This document shows, piece by piece, positions 39,309-49,491 of a DNA stretch of 64,000 nt. How positions within the stretch are numbered: the stretch's first letter is position 1; every line of letters starts with the position of its first letter. This DNA is from Patescibacteria group bacterium (GTDB lineage Bacteria; Patescibacteriota; Saccharimonadia; CAILAD01; BJGX01), in the NCBI GenBank assembly GCA_026397045.1, contig JAPLVO010000006.1, forward strand, positions 1,706 to 65,705. The letters run 5' to 3'. The translations under genes were made by a program, and so were the position numbers. Under the pieces are notes generated by a model that was not told the origin of the DNA, did not search any database, and was given only the letters and a program-made list of their open reading frames with translations.

Positions 39309-39864
39309 TGTCTTTATCCTTTGTAGCCACTGGCTGGCTTGATTTGGTTCCTGCTTGCTTCGACATATTAACTACTATCGACATATCACGGCCTGTCATT
39401 ATTGGCCTTTGCTCTATTATGGCAATTTCATTGAGGCCTTCGAAGAACTTCATGATTACCGCTTCCCCTAGAGCTGGGCGAGCCATTTCGCGGCCTTTGA
39501 AGCGAGCGGTAATCTTGACCTTATTGCCGGCTTCAAGAAATTTTCGGGCTGCTCTTTGCTTCACCTCTATATCGTGCTGGCCTATCTTTAGTCCCATACG
39601 AACTTGCTTGACCTCTATATTGCGCTGCTTTTTACGGTTTTTGGCGGCCTGCTTATCTTGCTCATAAAGGTACTTACCCCAATCGAGGAGCTTACAAACA
39701 GGTGGGTCCGCATGGGGTGATATCTCGGCTAGATCATAGCCCTGATCCCTAGCTATATTTAGGGCTTCAGAAATTGGCACTACTCCAATTAGTTCAGATT
39801 CTGCGTCTAGCAACCTAACGGTTGACGCTGATATCTGATGATTAAGTCGAAGTCGTTTTTTTAT
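39295..39864 (-). CDS. infC: Translation initiation factor IF-3, AUA start
   Basis: RLNHQI..TVRL, PPVCKLLDWGKYLYE, FKGRE. The first codon after an in-frame TAA is ATA, 8 nt after GGAG. Confidence 0.93.
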   Translation of the reverse strand: MKKRLRLNHQISASTVRLLDAESELIGVVPISEALNIARDQGYDLAEISPHADPPVCKLLDWGKYLYEQDKQAAKNRKKQRNIEVKQVRMGLKIGQHDIEVKQRAARKFLEAGNKVKITARFKGREMARPALGEAVIMKFFEGLNEIAIIEQRPIMTGRDMSIVVNMSKQAGTKSSQPVATKDKDNAKD

Positions 39865-39945
39865 TTAGATATCTCCATAAAAGCTCCGAATAATAGTAGC
39901 ATGAAAGTTCTCGGTTGGCAAGCAATAGCATCGGGCACTTATTTA

Positions 39946-40740
39946 TCAGTCAGTTTGATTGATTTTTCTGGAAATTAGTCGGATCTTTTTAGTAGATTTG
40001 CCGATAGTTACAGAATTCTTGTAGATTCTGCCGTAGTTATCAGTGATTTGGCCAATGGCTTGCACCTTAAAAACCTTGCCGTGTAAGCTAGCTATTACCC
40101 TAGAGCTAGTTGGCGCTTTAATAGAGATTCTCTTGATTAACCCAGCCAGGAGGTCCTTTTTAGATTTAGGATCTTGGGCGACAGAAGAACTCGCCCTGAG
40201 TTGGATCGGCTTTTTAATTAGGTATTGATTATCCGATATATTTTCAAACTCCAGTGTGCAGTCGGGCAATCTTAGATCCAGAGATGCGTCTACAGATAGG
40301 CCTATTGGCTTGGCGATGGCTGTATTAGGTTCAAATGATAGGGTAATATTATCGAAGAAATACCTGTTGCCAAGCGAATAGATAGTAACTTCATTTATTT
40401 TCCTTTGGGCTAAGGCCTCGATCCCAGATTTCCAGCTTTTAATTAGTAGCTTATGGCCTATATTCGAGGCGCCTGTGGGGATATATCCTATCGCAACATC
40501 ATGCGGAACTTGGCCAATTTGTCCGATTAAAGTTTCGAAATCTGAATCGCTACCAATAATCGCGATAGTATTAGTGGCTAATTTATCTATCCCAGATAAG
40601 ATCTGGCTAAGTTCGGCCTCGCTCGTAAAAGTCTTTATCGGGGCGGCAATATGAAGCCTTTTAAGCTCATCTGCGATATCCTTATCTACTTCCTCGGAGA
40701 TGGGGGAGCCGGAACTGGTGTTTTTAAGATATAAATACAC
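39946..40740 (-). CDS. Degenerate diacylglycerol-kinase-like protein
   Basis: TIAIIGSDSDF and IGYIPTG resemble the DAGK GGDG and IP.G motifs. Confidence 0.55.
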   Translation of the reverse strand: MYLYLKNTSSGSPISEEVDKDIADELKRLHIAAPIKTFTSEAELSQILSGIDKLATNTIAIIGSDSDFETLIGQIGQVPHDVAIGYIPTGASNIGHKLLIKSWKSGIEALAQRKINEVTIYSLGNRYFFDNITLSFEPNTAIAKPIGLSVDASLDLRLPDCTLEFENISDNQYLIKKPIQLRASSSVAQDPKSKKDLLAGLIKRISIKAPTSSRVIASLHGKVFKVQAIGQITDNYGRIYKNSVTIGKSTKKIRLISRKINQTD

Positions 40741-40743
40741 TGG

Positions 40744-41103
40744 CTAATTTCCAGCCGTTAATTTGGCATCTAAAAGTGCACCACTGTCAACGCTGATATT
40801 TTTAGATTTAGCGCTACCAGATAGCTGACCGCAACCTGATATATAGATGTTATCACTCGCCAAGATATCTGCCTTAGCTCGGCCTTCAATATTGGTAGCT
40901 CGACTACTTATAGTACCTGTAAAAGTCGAGTTTTTATCGAGCTCTACAACCCCAATTGTTACAATTGAGCCTTTGAAGTTGCCATCTATATAAACATCTT
41001 CATCAGTCTTGATATCTCCAACAGCATCTATCCCAGCCCCAATCATAAAGCCAGCGTAGCCTACTAAATCGGAAATATGACCCTTTTTTAATCTACCGAA
41101 CAT
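40744..41103 (-). CDS. Bactofilin (polymer-forming cytoskeletal protein)
   Basis: IGAG....GDI...DVYIDG.FKGSI beta-helix pattern. Confidence 0.85.
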   Translation of the reverse strand: MFGRLKKGHISDLVGYAGFMIGAGIDAVGDIKTDEDVYIDGNFKGSIVTIGVVELDKNSTFTGTISSRATNIEGRAKADILASDNIYISGCGQLSGSAKSKNISVDSGALLDAKLTAGN

Positions 41104-41106
41104 ATG

Positions 41107-41568
41107 CTATTTAATCTTCTTAATTGATGCCTGCCTTAACGCCTCATTCTCTTCTTTGGAGAGATGGTGCTGAGACTCACCACTTACAACATCTTTGGCG
41201 TATACCCTTGTTCCTGATCTGGCATGGACTGCTGAAATAACTAGCCCGCTATTGGAGTGATCCAAAAGAGCAATACAGAAGCTTTGGTCTCCGCCGGTAT
41301 CTCCAAATGGGTTGAAGCGTACTAATGCAACCCTAGAGAGTGCAAGCTGCTGAGTTTTATGTAGCTTAGCGGCAAAGCCCGCCAACTCATCTATTTGGGA
41401 TAAAGATTTATCTACATCAGAGGAGTAGTTTTTGATAAGCTCTTCAATTTGCTTGGCTTCAGCCCCCTTAAGAAACTGCCCATATTTGTTTCTTAGCTCA
41501 ATCTGCTGCCATAGAGTGTAGCCAGACAGCCCAGCGGATATAAAAAACAGTATAAAAATATATTGCAT
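41107..41568 (-). CDS. DUF4446 family protein
   Basis: VRFNPFGDTGGDQSF.IALLD, R.GTRVYAK, LSKEE. Confidence 0.88.
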   Translation of the reverse strand: MQYIFILFFISAGLSGYTLWQQIELRNKYGQFLKGAEAKQIEELIKNYSSDVDKSLSQIDELAGFAAKLHKTQQLALSRVALVRFNPFGDTGGDQSFCIALLDHSNSGLVISAVHARSGTRVYAKDVVSGESQHHLSKEENEALRQASIKKIK

Positions 41569-41673
41569 ATTTAGCTCTTTCCTTCTTAGTACCGATTATA
41601 GATCGACAGCCAGCACTTGGCAACTTATCATTCTGGGATTACAATATATCCTAAGACAAGGAGGCAAAATATA

Positions 41674-41985
41674 ATGTCTAAACGCAAGAAACACACTAAG
41701 AAAGCCCGTAAGCATAGTAAGCTCGTAGTAAATAATACAACACAAGCCAAGGCTAGCTCTGGCGATACATCGATATCATCTAAATCCGATACAGTACCAG
41801 CTGTCCAAAAAGCCGAAGTGCCTAAAAAATTAGAAGCCTATAGCGACAATCCTATAATGGCGGATGTGAAGTACAGTCTGTTTCTCACGGGGCTAATATT
41901 CGCAATTTTTATTGTGCTATTTTTGGCGATGCGCAATGAATCGGTGGCAAAATCATTTTATGGCATAATCAAGATCAACATCTAG
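41674..41985 (+). CDS. Hypothetical protein with basic N-terminus and C-terminal TM
   Basis: SD AAGGAGG upstream of ATG 41674. Confidence 0.7.
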   Translation: MSKRKKHTKKARKHSKLVVNNTTQAKASSGDTSISSKSDTVPAVQKAEVPKKLEAYSDNPIMADVKYSLFLTGLIFAIFIVLFLAMRNESVAKSFYGIIKINI

Positions 41986-41990
41986 AGGCT

Positions 41991-43487
41991 CTAGACCCGA
42001 TACTGTAGGGCTTCTGCAATGTGCCTCGCACCGATATCGTTAGACGCATCTAGATCTGCAATAGTGCGCCCGACCTTAAGCACTCTCATGTAGGCACGCG
42101 CCGATAATTTGAGGTTGTTTATTGCTTGGTCAAGCAGGCCTATAGCTTTAGTGTCGAGCTGGCAGAACTTCAGGATTTGCTTATTATTCATCTCGTTATT
42201 AGTGGTTATTTTTTCTGATTCAAATCGCTTCGATTGCAGATCTCTGGCTCTGGACACCCTTTTTGCGACATCCGAGGAAGATTCAGCTACAGGGGCCTCT
42301 AGGAGTTGTGACTTTTTTACTCTTACTAAATTTACCACGAGGTCTAGCCTGTCTAGGAGCGGCCCAGATATTTTGCTGCCATATCTCTGAACCTGAGATG
42401 GGCTGCAAGTACAACTCATGTCTTGATCGCCCGCATAACCACAGGGGCAGGGATTTTGGGCGGCCACTAGCAAGAACCTGGCGGGGTAGCTTTGGGAGGT
42501 GGCGGCTCTAGAGATAGTTACCTTGCCTTCCTCTAGCGGCTGCCTAAGAACTTCTAGTACATTACGGGCAAATTCTGGCAGCTCATCTAGAAACAGAACG
42601 CCACGGTGGGCTAGGCTAATTTCGCCGGGTCTTGGCCATTGGCCACCACCTATAAGTGCAATATTGCTGGCAGTATGGTGTGGGTTTCGATAGGGCCTAG
42701 AAGACACGATATCGTCACAAGATTGACCAGCAACGCTGTGAATCTTGGTGATCTCAATAGATTCTTCATAGCTAGGCGCGGGTAGCAAACCAACTAGTGC
42801 CTTGGCTAGCATCGACTTGCCGGACCCTGGAGGCCCACTCATTAGGATATTATGATTACCGCTTGCTGCGATTTCGACAGCTCGCTTTGCCTGGTATTGG
42901 CCATAGATTTCTGATAAATCAACCTCTGCGGTTGTCGTAGAGGAGCAGATTTTGGTAGTTGGCAATGGAGTGATGGTTGATTCGCCGATTAGGTGCCTGT
43001 AGAGCTCATGGAGTGAACTTACTGGATAGATGGTAATCCCTTCTACTAGCGCCGCCTGGGTAGCGACATCTGCCGACACATACAGCTCAGTTATTCCATT
43101 GGCCTGACAGGCCTGAGAAGCCGCCAAGGCTCCCGGTATGGCTCTAGTTGAGCCATCTAACCCGAGCTCTCCAAGAAAGGCCGAGGACTGCGCTATGGTC
43201 GCTACCTGCTTGCTAGCCCACAAAAGACTTACCGCCATGGCTAAATCAAAGCCCGAGCCATTTTTAGGCATATCGGCAGGTGCCAAGTTTAAAGTAATTT
43301 TCCTTGGCGGCAAATTAAGATTGGAATTCTTTATTGCTGAGCGAACTCGCTCTTTTGCTTCGTCGACAGCCTTGTTTGCCAGACCAACGACTATAAAGCC
43401 GGGTAGACCGTTGCTCATATCCGCCTCCACTTGAATTAATTGGCTATCTAATCCGATATTTGAAACAGTATTTACCTTAGCTAACAT
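41991..43487 (-). CDS. comM: YifB/ComM Mg-chelatase-like AAA+ ATPase
   Basis: NLAPAD, GPPGSGKSM, PGEISLAHRGVLFLDELPEF, NPCPCG, KISGPLLDR. Confidence 0.93.
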   Translation of the reverse strand: MLAKVNTVSNIGLDSQLIQVEADMSNGLPGFIVVGLANKAVDEAKERVRSAIKNSNLNLPPRKITLNLAPADMPKNGSGFDLAMAVSLLWASKQVATIAQSSAFLGELGLDGSTRAIPGALAASQACQANGITELYVSADVATQAALVEGITIYPVSSLHELYRHLIGESTITPLPTTKICSSTTTAEVDLSEIYGQYQAKRAVEIAASGNHNILMSGPPGSGKSMLAKALVGLLPAPSYEESIEITKIHSVAGQSCDDIVSSRPYRNPHHTASNIALIGGGQWPRPGEISLAHRGVLFLDELPEFARNVLEVLRQPLEEGKVTISRAATSQSYPARFLLVAAQNPCPCGYAGDQDMSCTCSPSQVQRYGSKISGPLLDRLDLVVNLVRVKKSQLLEAPVAESSSDVAKRVSRARDLQSKRFESEKITTNNEMNNKQILKFCQLDTKAIGLLDQAINNLKLSARAYMRVLKVGRTIADLDASNDIGARHIAEALQYRV

Positions 43488-43631
43488 AATTTAAACCCCC
43501 TTGTTTATAACCATATTATACAAACAAAAAGCGAAAATCAAGCCTAATATACATTTTTGGTAATTATTAGTCAGAGATTAGGAGTTGTTAGGCTGGGTAT
43601 AGAGCCAAAGCGTTCAGTAAATAGGCTGCGC

Positions 43632-44726
43632 TTAGCTAGCGTACCACTTGGCAGCAGACTCTGGCGGTACGGTGTTAATAACTATGCCCGTGGAGACCTC
43701 CAGACCACCCCATATGCTACTTCGTCCATATATTTTGATTGCACACCGGTAGTGAGGGCTAGTTCCATTTTCTATGAATAAGTTATAACTTATTTGCGAA
43801 TCGGTCAGCTTGGATGTTAAAGTTTTTAAGTATTTAGCGCAAGACTCGATTTGAGAAGTATTCAGCTGATCAAAAGTAGTGGCATGTTGCTTAGGAATTA
43901 GCCATACCTCGAAGGGGTACTGCGATGCATAGGGGCAAATTACAATAAAGTGCTCATCCTCCGCAACAATGCGTTTGTTCTGGGCTTTTTCATAGCTAAT
44001 TATATCTTCAATAGGTTGCTTTTTTTTATCAGTATAGTACTGCTCGATTTCTCTGGAGCGCTCAATGTATCTTTTAGGCACAATCGGTAGGGCAAATATT
44101 TGAGAGTGGGCATGAGCAAGACTTGCCCCTGCTTCAAAGCCATCGTTTTTAAATACTAGAACATAGGCAATATCTTTGTCTTGCATTAACTCTGTTATCC
44201 GAAGCTGATAGACCTGGAGGACTCTTTTAATTTGGGCTAAAGACAGGTGAGCAAAAGCTACATTGGCCAGAGGGGTGTCGACTACTATCTCTTGGGAGCC
44301 ATATGCGCCAGAGTTATCCTTAGTAAGCGCTGGGAAGCGATTGGCAACCACCTTCACCAGCCAGTCTTGCCCACCCTTGAGAGTATAGACCTCCTTTTCA
44401 AGATCTAGTCTAGGGCTTTCGGCAGTCTCGATCAGCGGATGGCGATTTTTCTTAGTATCGTATGGTCGCTTGCCTCTTCCGGGCGATATTATGACATATT
44501 CATCAAACAGGTAGTCGCGCCTGATTTCAGTCTGGATTCCCCCTATATCCAAAAACATAGGTTTGCACTGCCATGCGTCACCGGGGTTGATTTTATCGGT
44601 GTTAATCTCGCAAGTAACATAGTCTACGAATGAATCATCGTAGCCGGACTTCAGGGGTTGAGCAGGGGCCTTGACGGGCCTATGTAGGTGTTGGGCCGAT
44701 TTAGGGCTACTTTTAGCTTTATTCAT
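43632..44726 (-). CDS. galT: Galactose-1-phosphate uridylyltransferase (GalT-like, HIT superfamily)
   Basis: RGKRP, VVANRFPAL, GASLAHAHSQI, PFEVW, INTVPPE. Confidence 0.85.
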   Translation of the reverse strand: MNKAKSSPKSAQHLHRPVKAPAQPLKSGYDDSFVDYVTCEINTDKINPGDAWQCKPMFLDIGGIQTEIRRDYLFDEYVIISPGRGKRPYDTKKNRHPLIETAESPRLDLEKEVYTLKGGQDWLVKVVANRFPALTKDNSGAYGSQEIVVDTPLANVAFAHLSLAQIKRVLQVYQLRITELMQDKDIAYVLVFKNDGFEAGASLAHAHSQIFALPIVPKRYIERSREIEQYYTDKKKQPIEDIISYEKAQNKRIVAEDEHFIVICPYASQYPFEVWLIPKQHATTFDQLNTSQIESCAKYLKTLTSKLTDSQISYNLFIENGTSPHYRCAIKIYGRSSIWGGLEVSTGIVINTVPPESAAKWYAS

Positions 44727-44759
44727 ACCTCTTATGTTATCAATCTTTGAGTGTAAAGG

Positions 44760-46004
44760 CTATATTAATCGATAAAGTTGGCTGTATAAAGCTACTAGCT
44801 TTTTTGTCTGTTTTTCTATAGTCATAGACATCGCTAGCTTATGAGCCGTCTGGCCGTATTTTCTTGCCAGGACAGGGCTATTAATTAGCTTAGTGCATGA
44901 TTCTGAAAAGCTTCTAATGGTGTTTTTGGCCTGGATTCCTGTAATTTTGTCCTTGGCCAGAGGAGATATATCCGCATCAATGAATATTATCGGCTTACGC
45001 TCTATCGCGGCTTCATTTAGGACTAAGCCCTGAGTGTCGGTCATGGATGCAAAACAGAATATGTCAGCTGCCTTAAAGCAGGCAAATGTCTTGTCGCGAT
45101 CAAGCATCCCGGTGAATATTATATTTTCAGTTAGATTAAGTTCTGAAGCCAGGTCCTTCAGATCGCCACTGTAGGGGCCATCACCAACCACCATCAGCTT
45201 TGCATTGGGATTTTTGTCAATAATCTTGGGCATACTCTTGATTATTAGCTGAATATTCTTCTCTTTACCCAGGCGACCAACAAAAAGTAGTAGAGGGTCG
45301 TCATCCTCAACATTAAAGACTTTCCTAGGTTTAAAATTTGTTTCAATTTTAGTCTCTTCCAGATCTATGCCCGTTGGTAGCACATGTACACTGTCGAATT
45401 TACCGTAATCGTTAAGAGATTTTTCCATCTTTTCTGAGGGGACTATCACCATGCTGCAGTTTTTATAAAACAATCCAACACTCTCCACGATTAACTTTCG
45501 GTTCCATTTCTTGAGGGACTTGCTAGGCTTAAGGCTCGGGATTAATTCTTTATATTTATCGGCTGACTTCATGAGCGCAGGCGCTAATAGTATTCCAACG
45601 AGAATACCTAGCATTATTTTCTTGTAAATCTTAGCGTACTGGTCTATGTCTGTATGGTGGGTTACGACGGTAGGGATATCATCGTCTTTTGCAATTCTCA
45701 TACCAAGCATCCCGACTTGAGCAGGGGTGTGTATATGGATTATATCGAGATTATGAGATTTGACCTCTTTGATTATTGTCGAGGTGAAGGGCATGGTGTC
45801 GCGGTGGTCTTCATACCAGATACTAGGGAATGATCTGAAACGCACTATATAATCTGGGTCTGGCTTATCGCGATTCGGGGATTCAGGGCAAAATATTACC
45901 ACTTCATGGCCCAGCTTAATTAGTTCTCTGGCGAAGAGATCCACCGATACAGCTACTCCATCTACTTGTGGGTAGTACCTGTCAGTAAAAAACCCTATCT
46001 TCAT
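44760..46004 (-). CDS. GT4 glycosyltransferase, monoglucosyldiacylglycerol-synthase-like
   Basis: FTD.YYPQVDGV, HIHTP, VGRLGKEKN, FASMTDTQGLVLNEA. Confidence 0.85.
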   Translation of the reverse strand: MKIGFFTDRYYPQVDGVAVSVDLFARELIKLGHEVVIFCPESPNRDKPDPDYIVRFRSFPSIWYEDHRDTMPFTSTIIKEVKSHNLDIIHIHTPAQVGMLGMRIAKDDDIPTVVTHHTDIDQYAKIYKKIMLGILVGILLAPALMKSADKYKELIPSLKPSKSLKKWNRKLIVESVGLFYKNCSMVIVPSEKMEKSLNDYGKFDSVHVLPTGIDLEETKIETNFKPRKVFNVEDDDPLLLFVGRLGKEKNIQLIIKSMPKIIDKNPNAKLMVVGDGPYSGDLKDLASELNLTENIIFTGMLDRDKTFACFKAADIFCFASMTDTQGLVLNEAAIERKPIIFIDADISPLAKDKITGIQAKNTIRSFSESCTKLINSPVLARKYGQTAHKLAMSMTIEKQTKKLVALYSQLYRLI

Positions 46005-47029
46005 ATATTTTTATCCAGGAAGCTGAGGTATATTTTTTCTATATTTTTCATAACTGTTTTGGTGTCATAGGCCTGAGCAATGTGTTTGGCCTTGTCTTGA
46101 GATCTACTATAGAATACCTTGTCGCTGGCGAGTTTTTTGATGGTTCGCACAAATCCGCTATCATTAGAGGCCTCTTCATACCAGTCTTTGAAGGTGAGGC
46201 GGTATTGATCGTTATTTCTTAAAAGTACAGGCAGGCCTGCGGCTGCACCTTCAATAATTACGATTCCAAAAGTTTCTTGTTCTGAGGGAAGGAAAAATAA
46301 ATCAGAAGCCTGATAGTATGCTGTAACATCCTCGTGCTTAATAACTCCTGTAAAGTGAACATTAGCGGGAGCATTACTCATCATTTTTTGCATTTCAGAG
46401 TAGTTAGCGGCAGCGTGCTTAAAAGGTATGCCACCGACCCAAATAAATTCCATATTCGGCAAGCTCTTTGCGCAAGCCATGAAGCTGTCGACTCTTTTTC
46501 GGGGCTGGACTTGGCCATTACAGACTATTACAAATTTATCCTTGCTAATCTTTAGAAGTTTGCGAGCAGCAGCTTTTTTGGCCGGAGTATTGGCATAATC
46601 AGAAGTTTCAATCATGTTGGGCACAACATAGGTGGGTTTTTTAACGCCCAATTTTTTGAGCTGGTCTTCTACTTCTTGGCTAACGGCGAATATTCCATCG
46701 GCACGGTTATAGAACCACCGGAGGTATAGTTTAGCTAAGGGGTACCATAACCTGGCACCGACTAGGCTACCAATAAAAGAATCAGGCACAACATGTGCAG
46801 AAACAAACTTGATGCTGCCCCTTGATAGCAAGAATCTTATTCCATAAAAACCGACAGTGTGTACATGTATTATATCGGCCTTAAAGTTTTTTTGGTTGGT
46901 ATGTACCTCGAACTCTGGCGTGTACTTTTTCAGGCCTGCGAGGTGTTCGGTATAAGCTGTGTGGACGCCATGCCCCTGCACTGTGAATGCACTGTCGGAA
47001 ATTACATTAATGGTGTATTTTTTATTCAT
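46001..47029 (-). CDS. GT4 glycosyltransferase, CpoA/diglycosyldiacylglycerol-synthase-like
   Basis: VQGHGVHTAY, HVVPDSFIGSL, GQVQPRKRV, PSEQETFGIVIIE. Confidence 0.82.
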   Translation of the reverse strand: MNKKYTINVISDSAFTVQGHGVHTAYTEHLAGLKKYTPEFEVHTNQKNFKADIIHVHTVGFYGIRFLLSRGSIKFVSAHVVPDSFIGSLVGARLWYPLAKLYLRWFYNRADGIFAVSQEVEDQLKKLGVKKPTYVVPNMIETSDYANTPAKKAAARKLLKISKDKFVIVCNGQVQPRKRVDSFMACAKSLPNMEFIWVGGIPFKHAAANYSEMQKMMSNAPANVHFTGVIKHEDVTAYYQASDLFFLPSEQETFGIVIIEGAAAGLPVLLRNNDQYRLTFKDWYEEASNDSGFVRTIKKLASDKVFYSRSQDKAKHIAQAYDTKTVMKNIEKIYLSFLDKNI

Positions 47030-47092
47030 AATACAGTCTATTATTACATTTTTATCCTCATCGGGCACTACCTAAACGAATTTATTTATAAA

Positions 47093-48259
47093 TTACTTTA
47101 TAACTAATCTGTAAATTTCCTCGAATTGGTCTAATGTTGCTCGGTTAGAGTGCCTGGAGGTTACCTTGAGCAAGCTAGCTCGGCCAAATTTATCCATTCG
47201 CGCCTGGCTGGATGTTAGCTTGGATATTTTTACAGCCAAGTCATGGCTATTTCCAGGCTTAAACAAGTAGCCATTTACACCAGAGTCAACCAGCTCCGGT
47301 AGGGCGGTGCTATTAGCCGCTATAATTGGCTTAGAGCAGCTCATAGCTTCTAGGGATACAATGCTTTGTAACTCCGATGGGGAGCTTATAACAAATACGC
47401 TGCCAGCCTTAATAAGGCTAGCTTTTATTAAATCTGGGACATATCCAGTAAAAGTAGATTTTTCGTAAATGTTGAGCTTTTTGGCTAGCTTCTTAAGTCT
47501 TGATTCATCATTGCCTCGTCCCGCAATCACTAAATGTAGATCTGAATTGAGCATTGCCTCCGCTGCAGCCCTTACTATCACATCTATATTCTTTTCCTTA
47601 TCGACTCTTCCAAAATAGAGAACTACTGGCCGGTTCGACGGTATATTGTATCTAATCCTGGCTTTACTTGCAGTGGCCTTGGAGTAGCTAGCCACATCTA
47701 CGCCGTTACTTATAGCCCGCATAGGGCCTTTTACATTATGTTTGCGCAGAAGATTGATAGCTGTAGGGGTCGGTGAAGTTAGGAAGTCTACTTTTTTGTA
47801 GTACCATCGGATGTATTGCCAGCAAATTGCATCGAGCGATTTATAGGCAAAGTGCCTAGGCTTTAAGCCTAGATTATATAACAAGTTCTCAGGCATAAAG
47901 TGGTTTGTAGCGATGATCGGGATACCTCTTCTCCGGGCTGCCCCAATACTCAGCAGGCCCATTAGGGTGGGGAAATGAATATGGATCACATCTGGTTTGC
48001 TTTCCTCAAATATTCTCCTAGATCTAAAAAATGGGAAAAAGCTCATTCTAGATTCTAGGTGCAGCAGAAACGGTATAGATTTCTCTCGGTATATTATAGA
48101 TATTTTGTCTTTTTGTTTGAAGCTATGGAGTTTGCGGCCTGGTGCCCAGACCGAAACAGAATTACCATCACTACATAGCCCCTGCACAAGTCTACGGGTA
48201 AATTGCGCACCCCCATCAGGGTTAGGCCAATAAGACTCTGTAACTAGCAGAACCCTCAT
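47093..48259 (-). CDS. GT4 glycosyltransferase
   Basis: ESYWPNPDG, TNHFMPENL, GRVDKEK, SPSELQSIVSLEAM. Confidence 0.9.
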   Translation of the reverse strand: MRVLLVTESYWPNPDGGAQFTRRLVQGLCSDGNSVSVWAPGRKLHSFKQKDKISIIYREKSIPFLLHLESRMSFFPFFRSRRIFEESKPDVIHIHFPTLMGLLSIGAARRRGIPIIATNHFMPENLLYNLGLKPRHFAYKSLDAICWQYIRWYYKKVDFLTSPTPTAINLLRKHNVKGPMRAISNGVDVASYSKATASKARIRYNIPSNRPVVLYFGRVDKEKNIDVIVRAAAEAMLNSDLHLVIAGRGNDESRLKKLAKKLNIYEKSTFTGYVPDLIKASLIKAGSVFVISSPSELQSIVSLEAMSCSKPIIAANSTALPELVDSGVNGYLFKPGNSHDLAVKISKLTSSQARMDKFGRASLLKVTSRHSNRATLDQFEEIYRLVIK

Positions 48260-48262
48260 AAA

Positions 48263-49438
48263 TTATTCTTTACCAATCTGAATTTTTTTATATATTTCTA
48301 GGTAGCTATTTAAACTAGTGTTGATATCATGATTCTGTTCTACTATTTCGCGGCTCTTAGCACCGTATTTAACACGCTTAGGCCTATTTTTGATTAGCTT
48401 TAAGAGCTGCCTGGATAGATCAATATGGTCATTCTCCTTGAACATATACCCATTAACCCCATCATCGCAAAGCTCTCTTAAGGCTATTTTATCTACCGCC
48501 ACAACAGGAAGCCCACTGCTCATAGCCTCGAGAGTGGCGATGCTCTGGAGCTCTGCCGGAGAGGCAATTACAAATATATCGCAGCTAGCAAGCAGGTGGG
48601 GCTTATCGGACTCTTTTACAAAACCCGTAAAGGTTAGGTTATCTTCTATACCGAGTTGAACACTTAGGGCCTGTAATTCATTTAGGTACTTACCAGTTCC
48701 GGCTATTATCAAATGGACATTATGCTGCTGCCTAAGAGATTCTGCAAAGCCCCTGACGATAACATCGATGCGTTTTTCACCATCTATCCTGCCGATGAAT
48801 ATTAGTTTTACCCTATCTTTTGGTATTCTAAATTTATTTAGTATCGATGGCCTTTTTTTGCTTGGGTTAAATATTTTGGTGTTTACGCCATTGGTTATCG
48901 GGCTGCCAAGTTTTTTAAGATTTCGGTCTTCAAGCAGGTTAAGAGCCGTCAGCGTGGGGGCGGTAACTATATCTGCTTTATTGTGGAACCAAATCAAGTA
49001 TTGCCAGAAAAACTTTTCCATTTTGCTACTAACTTTCTTAGGTAGCCTGATGTTCATTAGGATGTTTTCGGGCATAATATGGCTGGTGGTTACCACAGGC
49101 ACCTTGTATTTATTAGCGATAAATAGGGCTGTTACTCCTAGAAGAAAGGGATCCTGGATATGTATCAAGTCTGGGTTTATGGTGCGAATCAGTTTTTCGG
49201 CATTCTGGAAGGGCCAGTAGCTGACCCTTAGGCCAGGATAGAATAGTAGTTCTAAGGATTTTTCTCTGTAAATTGTCAGATTGCCATTACTCTCGAGATA
49301 TGATGTAATTTTTTTGCCAGGCACCCAAATATAGACCTTATGGCCTTTCTGGGCCAGGCCTTCCGCCAGGTGCTTTATGAAAGTGGCAATACCATCTTTA
49401 CGAGGATGGTATGTCTCCGATACAATTAGAATCTTCAT
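48263..49438 (-). CDS. GT4 glycosyltransferase
   Basis: ETYHPRKDG, TSHIMPEN, GRIDGEK, SPAELQSIATLEAM. Confidence 0.9.
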   Translation of the reverse strand: MKILIVSETYHPRKDGIATFIKHLAEGLAQKGHKVYIWVPGKKITSYLESNGNLTIYREKSLELLFYPGLRVSYWPFQNAEKLIRTINPDLIHIQDPFLLGVTALFIANKYKVPVVTTSHIMPENILMNIRLPKKVSSKMEKFFWQYLIWFHNKADIVTAPTLTALNLLEDRNLKKLGSPITNGVNTKIFNPSKKRPSILNKFRIPKDRVKLIFIGRIDGEKRIDVIVRGFAESLRQQHNVHLIIAGTGKYLNELQALSVQLGIEDNLTFTGFVKESDKPHLLASCDIFVIASPAELQSIATLEAMSSGLPVVAVDKIALRELCDDGVNGYMFKENDHIDLSRQLLKLIKNRPKRVKYGAKSREIVEQNHDINTSLNSYLEIYKKIQIGKE

Positions 49439-49491
49439 TTGTGATATTATATCAAATGTCAGATAAATAATTAAAACATAATCTCAAAAGT

